Virus record (IMG/VR): IMGVR_UViG_3300028629_000032
Coordinates: 1 to 31,109 of that record
DNA length: 31,109 nt
Direction: 5' to 3' (one strand)
From: a virus
Taxonomy: Duplodnaviria > Caudoviricetes
Shown here piece by piece: positions 25,763 through 31,109 of this stretch. The stretch's first letter is position 1; every line of letters begins with the position of its first letter. Position numbers and translations under genes: made by a program. A model generated the notes under the pieces. It ran no database searches. It had not been told where the DNA came from and saw nothing but the letters and a program-made list of their open reading frames with translations.

Positions 25763-26215
25763 TTGATTGGATTAAGTCTTTCGTTTTGTGTCAGAGATAT
25801 CGCCAATGGTGTAGTCAACATTGACGACGTAGAAAAAATCATCACTGGTACTCGGTGCGATTCGGCTGAATCCTGGTCGTACCTCCTTGAGCAATACGGA
25901 GGTACATACTGGAATGGGATTGAAGCAAAAGCAGAAGCAATTCTCATAGTTCTTCTGAAGAACGAAAAAATCTTTCAACCCAGAACAATTGGAGAACTTC
26001 CTCCAAATGTTTCAAAAGGAATCTGGGTTGAAGATGAGAATTCTCTCGCAAAAAATCGAAACTGTTCAGACTGTTCAGTCTTCGAAGTTCCTGATTGTCC
26101 ACTTGAACTTCGAACTCAACGATATCCTGAAGAATATCGACAACCCCTAGTAACTACGTTCAGATCGGAGACCACGCCGTACCAACTGGGCTGCTTCTAC
26201 TTTCAAAAGAAGTAG
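25763..26215 (+). CDS. Hypothetical protein with C-terminal Cys cluster
   Basis: TTG 25763 behind AAGGAGG; IGLSLSFCVRDI...IITGT. Confidence 0.6.
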   Translation: MIGLSLSFCVRDIANGVVNIDDVEKIITGTRCDSAESWSYLLEQYGGTYWNGIEAKAEAILIVLLKNEKIFQPRTIGELPPNVSKGIWVEDENSLAKNRNCSDCSVFEVPDCPLELRTQRYPEEYRQPLVTTFRSETTPYQLGCFYFQKK

Positions 26216-26223
26216 AAGACCAG

Positions 26224-26259
26224 AATATGAGAGGGGGTATGCTCCCTCTCATATTTTTT
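26224..26259 (+). terminator. Rho-independent terminator between convergent genes
   Basis: AATATGAGAGGG/CCCTCTCATATT followed by T-tract. Confidence 0.8.
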
Positions 26260-26620
26260 GTAAAATTTCATCAAAACATTCAGAAATAGAATAATAGACC
26301 TTTGTAGCATGATATTTAATCCAGAAGTTACATTCATGCTTTTTATTTGGATTAATTATATAAACTGGTTTCCCCTGTTCATATGCATAAATAATTTCCA
26401 TCACTGTTCCAAATGATGGTTCTTCTACAAATGCAACCAAAACATCACATTCTCGAATGTATCTTTTATCTTCTTCTACTACTTGTGGAAATATTTGCTT
26501 CACAATTAGTAGTGGGTCAATTAACTCTAGTTTAGGGTTATCTCCATATACCTTATGTACGAACTCACGGTATGCTGTTTCTCTAACCGCTCCAGCAGTA
26601 TAAATTTTCAATCTTCTCAT
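26249..26620 (-). CDS. Nucleoside 2-deoxyribosyltransferase / dNMP hydrolase family
   Basis: IYTAG, D...IRECDVLVA, SFGTVMEIIYAYEQGKPVY. Confidence 0.82.
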   Translation of the reverse strand: MRRLKIYTAGAVRETAYREFVHKVYGDNPKLELIDPLLIVKQIFPQVVEEDKRYIRECDVLVAFVEEPSFGTVMEIIYAYEQGKPVYIINPNKKHECNFWIKYHATKVYYSISECFDEILQKI

Positions 26621-27135
26621 AATTCGTATGTTCTCACTTTCAGTTTGCTTTGTTCTATGAGATATTTTGACATCATGTCATAATGGTCAAAACCTGTTAC
26701 TACAATTTCTGAAATACCTGCATTTATAATTTCAACTAAACACGGCGAACAAGGAACTGCACAGTTCATATACATAATACAATCTTTTACAGATACACCA
26801 ACTCTTGCTGCATTAATAAGAGCATTTCGTTCTCCGTGACCAGCTACACACCATTCAAGACCTTCTCTGGATTTAAAATTAAGAATTCTTCTTGGGCAAT
26901 TTTTAATACCAGACCTATATGGAATATCTCTTTTAATAAACTCTTGAACTAATCCAGTATCTAACATATTATTATATCTTTCATCACAAGGAGGAACTCC
27001 ACGGGGAGGACCATTATATCCAGTTGAAATAATTGATTTATCTTTAACAATTATTGCTCCAACTTTTCTAGAATAACATTTACTATTATCAGAAATAGTA
27101 TCACATACATTCAAAAAATATTGATCCCAGTTCAT
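26617..27135 (-). CDS. dCMP deaminase
   Basis: SKC..RKVGA, STGYNG, HGERNA, PCSPC. Confidence 0.92.
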   Translation of the reverse strand: MNWDQYFLNVCDTISDNSKCYSRKVGAIIVKDKSIISTGYNGPPRGVPPCDERYNNMLDTGLVQEFIKRDIPYRSGIKNCPRRILNFKSREGLEWCVAGHGERNALINAARVGVSVKDCIMYMNCAVPCSPCLVEIINAGISEIVVTGFDHYDMMSKYLIEQSKLKVRTYEL

Positions 27136-27144
27136 ATCAACTCC

Positions 27145-27639
27145 CTATACTATAAACTGTAAAGAATCAGCTTGTTTAAATTGTCCAAAATTTAACAAAT
27201 AATTTGGTTTTTTAGTTTCATCGAGATTTCCTACTTTTACTCCTGCTTCTATAAATTGTGCCTTCTCAAAAACCTCATCTCTTGGTAGGTATCCAAGGAT
27301 CCAACCAATATTATTTTTTCTACTTATTCCACAAAACAAATAGTAATCACTGTTTTGTTTTCTAAGTTTTGGAAGAAGAAACTCTACATATGGAGATGGT
27401 CTTTTCTCTAGTGTTCTAGATTTTATTTCTATTGTTTTATTATTATAAATAATATCATATTCACTTGTATCTGCAAAAGTAGATCCTTTATAATATATTT
27501 CAGAAATAATTACACCCATCGCACCAATAATCTTGTCTTTCCCATTATTAAGAGAATCCTTATACTTAGGCATATTTTTACATCTTTTTTCTGCTAAATC
27601 CCACATTTCCTTTGTAAGTGTAATTGGTATATATTTCAT
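27145..27639 (-). CDS. Putative PD-(D/E)xK nuclease-fold protein
   Basis: YDIIYNNKTIEIKS motif. Confidence 0.55.
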   Translation of the reverse strand: MKYIPITLTKEMWDLAEKRCKNMPKYKDSLNNGKDKIIGAMGVIISEIYYKGSTFADTSEYDIIYNNKTIEIKSRTLEKRPSPYVEFLLPKLRKQNSDYYLFCGISRKNNIGWILGYLPRDEVFEKAQFIEAGVKVGNLDETKKPNYLLNFGQFKQADSLQFIV

Positions 27640-27992
27640 ACTAACACCAACTCTCCATTCTCTTTTAGTTTCTTGAATTTCTTAACAGTATCCTCCGTAC
27701 CACCTTTCCTATCTTCCGCAACACAAGCAATGAGTTTATCAGAAGTTTCAGCTATTGTTGTATTTCTTTTAAATCCAGCTGCTCTACCATATAAATCCCA
27801 TCTAGCTGGAAATATTTTGATAGGAACTTTAAATTTGATTGCAATCTGCTCTGCGAATCTATCTCCCCCTTTAGTACACCCACCAGAGCAGATTGTATCA
27901 CCAGGTTGGTAAACTTTTAAAAAAGCTTCTTCAACTTTTTGATAATCCTCTTTTGTGTTTCTTCTTCTGGATCCTACTATTCCTATAATCAT
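27636..27992 (-). CDS. SLOG/DprA-like (YspA-type) protein
   Basis: IGIVGSR, SGG..GGD..AE, AGFKRN, GGTEDT. Confidence 0.8.
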   Translation of the reverse strand: MIIGIVGSRRRNTKEDYQKVEEAFLKVYQPGDTICSGGCTKGGDRFAEQIAIKFKVPIKIFPARWDLYGRAAGFKRNTTIAETSDKLIACVAEDRKGGTEDTVKKFKKLKENGELVLV

Positions 27993-28195
27993 AATCCCCT
28001 TCTCATTTTCGTTATCCAGTCAATTGTTCCTGTTCCTTTACATTTATCACAAGGGTCGCCATCCATAAATCCAGGAACATTATATTTGAATTGACCACCC
28101 ATAACAGCAATAAATATTGGTTCAACTTGAAGATTTACATATCCTAAACCATAACATTTATCACAAGTAAATTCACCAAAATCTTTTGGTTCCAT
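27989..28195 (-). CDS. CxxCxGxG zinc-finger protein
   Basis: CDKCYGLG...CDKCKGTGTIDW. Confidence 0.65.
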   Translation of the reverse strand: MEPKDFGEFTCDKCYGLGYVNLQVEPIFIAVMGGQFKYNVPGFMDGDPCDKCKGTGTIDWITKMRRGL

Positions 28196-28202
28196 TATTC
28201 AC

Positions 28203-28289
28203 CTATTTTAAAAAACAAGGAATTAAAAGCATTATTATCCCTAAACCAGTCATCACTATTATTAAAAAATCTATCATTGTTTTACTCAT
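28203..28289 (-). CDS. 28-aa hydrophobic peptide (not in ORF track)
   Basis: AGAGGA RBS; MSKTMIDFLIIVMTGLGIIMLLIPCFLK fills the gap. Confidence 0.4.
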   Translation of the reverse strand: MSKTMIDFLIIVMTGLGIIMLLIPCFLK

Positions 28290-28297
28290 ATTCCTCT

Positions 28298-28876
28298 TTA
28301 TGTATACTGACCATACCCACTATAAAGTTGATCCTTACCAATACCGAAGTTCTCAAGAAGCTTCAGTACCATCTCTTTCGTTAATCCCAATGTAGGGGCG
28401 TATACTTTGATGGGATAGCTTCCAGCAATTGCAAATAGTTTATTAATCTCATAAACATAATCCTGGTAACAATCTGGAAAAAGTCCTTCTCGATCTGAGT
28501 AGTCTGGACCATACCAGATTTCCTGAATTCCTTGAGATTCTGCTTCACTAAGAGCAATTGATAGAAACATTGTATTTCTTCCAGGAACATAGTGTGGAGC
28601 AACTCCTTCATATCTCCCTTTTTCACCATCTCCTGTAAGACCACTTTGGGCAGATAATCCTGTTATGATAACTTTATTCCATTCGATTTTTTGAGCATTT
28701 AAGTATTTCTGAGCAAATTCCAATTCCTCCTTATGAAGTTGCCCGTAATCAATAAGAAGAGCATAAACACTTTTTCCCATTCTTTTGGCAATTTCTAATA
28801 GAAGAGTACTATCTGCTCCACCTGAATAAAGAATTAAAATCTGATCTTTATAAATTCTATTGTCTTTCATATACAC
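28298..28876 (-). CDS. queC: 7-cyano-7-deazaguanine synthase-like, lacking C-terminal Zn site
   Basis: LYSGGADST PP-loop, DYGQ, YVPGRNTMFLS, FPDC. Confidence 0.88.
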   Translation of the reverse strand: MYMKDNRIYKDQILILYSGGADSTLLLEIAKRMGKSVYALLIDYGQLHKEELEFAQKYLNAQKIEWNKVIITGLSAQSGLTGDGEKGRYEGVAPHYVPGRNTMFLSIALSEAESQGIQEIWYGPDYSDREGLFPDCYQDYVYEINKLFAIAGSYPIKVYAPTLGLTKEMVLKLLENFGIGKDQLYSGYGQYT

Positions 28877-28960
28877 TCCTTTTCGCTTTTCTTTATATTA
28901 ATTTATTCCCGTATTTTTAGAAAACTTCCCACTAAAAATAGTATCCATTTTATAGTTTGT

Positions 28961-28976
28961 TTCTATATATATTAAT
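28961..28976 (+). promoter_or_regulatory. Conserved 16-mer, putative promoter (copy 3)
   Basis: Exact TTCTATATATATTAAT. Confidence 0.75.
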
Positions 28977-29008
28977 TGGTAATAAATAAGGCAAGGAGAG
29001 TTTGTTTT

Positions 29009-29416
29009 ATGAATACCAAAAAGTTCCTCATGCTCACTGCGTTCTGCGTATGTTGCATTGTCATCGGACTTTGCATTGGGGTAATGACAAAGACAATCAT
29101 TAACGATCTACAGAGAGATGAGATCTCCAAGAGAGCAGATCTCGAAGCAAGGAAACAGGTTGCTTCTCTTTCTGAAACAACCAAAGAAATCTTCACAATC
29201 TCAATTCATGGGGAGGATGCAAGAATCATTAGATTCACTGCAGTTGATGGAGAAGATCCTGAACTCATTCTTGAAACAACTCTTGAGATGAAAGAACTTC
29301 TTAACCAGTTGATTTTAATTGGGTTCTGGGAACTTCAGGTTACATCTCCCGGAAACGAGAATATCATTTCAGTAGATTTCAAGAAAATGAAAATCTCAAA
29401 AAAGACAACAGTTTAG
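29009..29416 (+). CDS. Hypothetical membrane-anchored protein
   Basis: ATG 29009 behind GCAAGGAG; N-terminal TM. Confidence 0.65.
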   Translation: MNTKKFLMLTAFCVCCIVIGLCIGVMTKTIINDLQRDEISKRADLEARKQVASLSETTKEIFTISIHGEDARIIRFTAVDGEDPELILETTLEMKELLNQLILIGFWELQVTSPGNENIISVDFKKMKISKKTTV

Positions 29417-29464
29417 AACGGTTACCCTTAGGTAACTGAAATTTCACTAAGAGAGGAGTATTTT

Positions 29465-29752
29465 ATGGAAGAGTCGAGAAAGCCCATCAGAACCAAGATC
29501 ATTCAGAAGTATGATGATGGAACCAAGGTCGTGAAGCAGATTCCCGAACCGGAAACGGAAGTCATCGAAGCTCCCAAGCTCTACAAGGAGACCAGGATCG
29601 ACTATTATGGAGAACCGCCTGTCATGGACAAGTACATCCTGTGGGGAACCGCAGCCTTGTGTTTGATCGCCGCAATGGCTGCTGCCGCGTACATTCTGTA
29701 CAAGGAAGATGAAGCCCCTGCACCGGCACTGGCTGCTTCGGATCAGCTGTAG
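29465..29752 (+). CDS. Hypothetical protein with C-terminal TM
   Basis: GAGGAG RBS; visibly higher GC. Confidence 0.65.
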   Translation: MEESRKPIRTKIIQKYDDGTKVVKQIPEPETEVIEAPKLYKETRIDYYGEPPVMDKYILWGTAALCLIAAMAAAAYILYKEDEAPAPALAASDQL

Positions 29753-29779
29753 AAATTCAGAAGTCTGTGAAATCACAGG

Positions 29780-29812
29780 AAAATGGGAAGAGTTCGCTCC
29801 TCCCATTTTTTT
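29780..29812 (+). terminator. Rho-independent terminator
   Basis: AAAATGGGA-A-GAG TTCG CTC-C-TCCCATTTT plus T-tract. Confidence 0.8.
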
Positions 29813-29850
29813 ATCCCAACTATATTTTTTTGTTTATATATAGATCTAAA

Positions 29851-29866
29851 TTCTATATATATTAAT
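29851..29866 (+). promoter_or_regulatory. Conserved 16-mer, putative promoter (copy 4)
   Basis: Exact TTCTATATATATTAAT, right after a terminator. Confidence 0.75.
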
Positions 29867-29895
29867 ATCTAATAAAATAGCAAGGAGAAAATTTT

Positions 29896-30081
29896 ATGAC
29901 TATTAGATTAATTAAGTTAGATAAAAATAACTCTATTATGGAAATTGTAGAGATTCCTTCTTGTGAGTTGAGAAAGGATCAAAAAACATGCAATGGAAAT
30001 GCTAATACAATAATGAGAAACATTATGAGAATGTTAGCTGAAGAAGAAACCAGACATATTTCAGTAGAAAGGGTAGGGTGA
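29896..30081 (+). CDS. Hypothetical protein
   Basis: GCAAGGAG RBS. Confidence 0.55.
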   Translation: MTIRLIKLDKNNSIMEIVEIPSCELRKDQKTCNGNANTIMRNIMRMLAEEETRHISVERVG

Positions 30082-30530
30082 CAATCATGTCAGTTCGAAG
30101 AGCAGAATTTCCCCTTTTAGAAAACCTCATGGATACGATTCTTGCATTCAATAAAATTGAACAAAAAAAGATTCGTGAGTATGAGAAAAGAGTTCAGATT
30201 GCAAGAAGAATGTCAGGAGGAGATGAAGAAAAGTTTGAGGAGTTAAAATCCATGATTGATCTTTCCAGTTTAATTGATCATGACGTTGACTTTGCTGGAG
30301 TCAATCCTGAAGTGAAAAAGATTCTTCTCAATCCCAAGAACCGACCTGTTCTTCTCGCAGCATCCCACACCAAGGACCACCTCAGGCAGAAGAGACTTAA
30401 GAGAATGGAAAAGCCTGCGGAGTACACAAAGAAGAAGATCAAAAATATAAAAGACAGAACCAAATCGGATTTTGGAAAGACCATGTGTGATATAGCATGG
30501 ATGGGAATCAAAGCCAAGTTTGGTCTGTAA
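30078..30530 (+). CDS. Hypothetical protein
   Basis: 150 aa, GTGA overlap. Confidence 0.65.
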   Translation: MTIMSVRRAEFPLLENLMDTILAFNKIEQKKIREYEKRVQIARRMSGGDEEKFEELKSMIDLSSLIDHDVDFAGVNPEVKKILLNPKNRPVLLAASHTKDHLRQKRLKRMEKPAEYTKKKIKNIKDRTKSDFGKTMCDIAWMGIKAKFGL

Positions 30531-30536
30531 AGAAAG

Positions 30537-30572
30537 AAAAGATGAACTGGGAAAACCAGGTCATCTTTTTTT
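30537..30572. terminator. Bidirectional terminator
   Basis: AAAAGATGA-A-CTGG/CCAG-G-TCATCTTTT between convergent genes. Confidence 0.8.
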
Positions 30573-30828
30573 AAATCTTCTGTTTTATGATTTTTATTTT
30601 TTGTATTGAAATTCTTGGAATAGATAATAACATTCTTCCCATTCCTTCTTCAATTATATCTTGACATATAACAACACAATCTTCTGTTTCCCCAACCAGT
30701 ATTCCAACTGTAAATAATGTCTTTGGATTCACTATTGGAATATCTTCTCCTTCACAAATATAATCACATTTATAATATGTAGCATCAGTCCATTTGATAA
30801 TTGCTATTTTAATCTCTTTCATTAACAT
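30571..30828 (-). CDS. Hypothetical protein
   Basis: IKWTDA...TVGILV...IP, 85 aa. Confidence 0.6.
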   Translation of the reverse strand: MLMKEIKIAIIKWTDATYYKCDYICEGEDIPIVNPKTLFTVGILVGETEDCVVICQDIIEEGMGRMLLSIPRISIQKIKIIKQKI

Positions 30829-31108
30829 ACCCCCAAGAAGCCATATTCATTCCACAAATTGTATCCATAGAAAACATATGCATACATTTATCTAATTGCT
30901 CTTTTAGTTGATTATAATGAATCATAGCATAAGATACTGCTTCATTTAAACTTTTATCGTCAAATGAAATAACTCCTTTTTTTTTATAAAAATTTAAAAG
31001 TCTAGTTTGATTTCTAATTAATAATGGTGTTCCCGAACAAAGAATTTCAGTTGAAACTCTTGGACACCCATCTTCTTTATTGGATGTTACTATACCAAAT
31101 TTACTACA
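30809..31108 (-). CDS. C-terminal part of a second GT4-like glycosyltransferase (5' end outside window)
   Basis: Manual translation: CSKFGIVTSNKEDGCPRVSTEILCSGTPLLIR. Confidence 0.65.
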   Translation of the reverse strand, partial: CSKFGIVTSNKEDGCPRVSTEILCSGTPLLIRNQTRLLNFYKKKGVISFDDKSLNEAVSYAMIHYNQLKEQLDKCMHMFSMDTICGMNMASWGYVNERD

Positions 31109-31109
31109 A

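Noticed and set aside
29419-29438. Hairpin CGGTTACC-CTTA-GGTAACTG, and a similar one at 22026-22049
   Set aside because: Isolated short hairpins without a U-tract or a second copy; no function can be supported
89-30517. Antisense or nested ORFs such as 89-352, 1770-2057, 2404-2709, 11599-12054, 16781-17125, 25504-25737, 29447-29806
   Set aside because: They shadow better-supported genes, lack an RBS and have reverse-frame composition
1-31109. Full TAG reassignment (code 15) in this window
   Set aside because: Long conserved genes have no internal TAG, and TAG ends many genes at natural boundaries
1-31109. CRISPR array, transposase, integrase, rRNA
   Set aside because: No regularly spaced repeats or diagnostic motifs seen
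1-31109. Archaeal virus, suggested by the TATA-like motif and GGTGA SDs
   Set aside because: bS21, GroES, a bacterial GGQ factor, AGGAGG SDs and hairpin-U terminators point to a bacterial host

Overview
AT-rich, gene-dense segment of a large tailed dsDNA bacteriophage. The minus strand carries a replication, nucleotide and DNA-modification backbone: DnaB/gp41-like helicase, a family-4 UDG-PolB fusion, ThyX, dCMP deaminase, QueE, QueC, a TGT/DpdA-like protein, two glycosyltransferases and a PIG-L deacetylase. It also carries host-like translation and chaperone genes (bS21, GroES, PTH2-like, GGQ/ArfB-like, Hc1). Plus-strand islands each begin at an identical 16-mer, TTCTATATATATTAAT. There are three tRNAs: Lys-UUU, Leu-UAA and an amber suppressor CUA. 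Most notable: (1) an unannotated leader ORF M-T-amber-GFDKQ-RAPP, whose RAPP codons are also an anti-SD, heading a hypothetical/PTH2/amber-suppressor tRNA unit, which suggests an amber-readthrough-sensing switch; (2) a permuted tRNA-mimic RNA with YrlA (Y RNA) topology, plus two other structured RNAs; (3) a candidate 7-deazaguanine plus glycosyl DNA hypermodification set. All calls are by-eye motif recognition; no searches were run.
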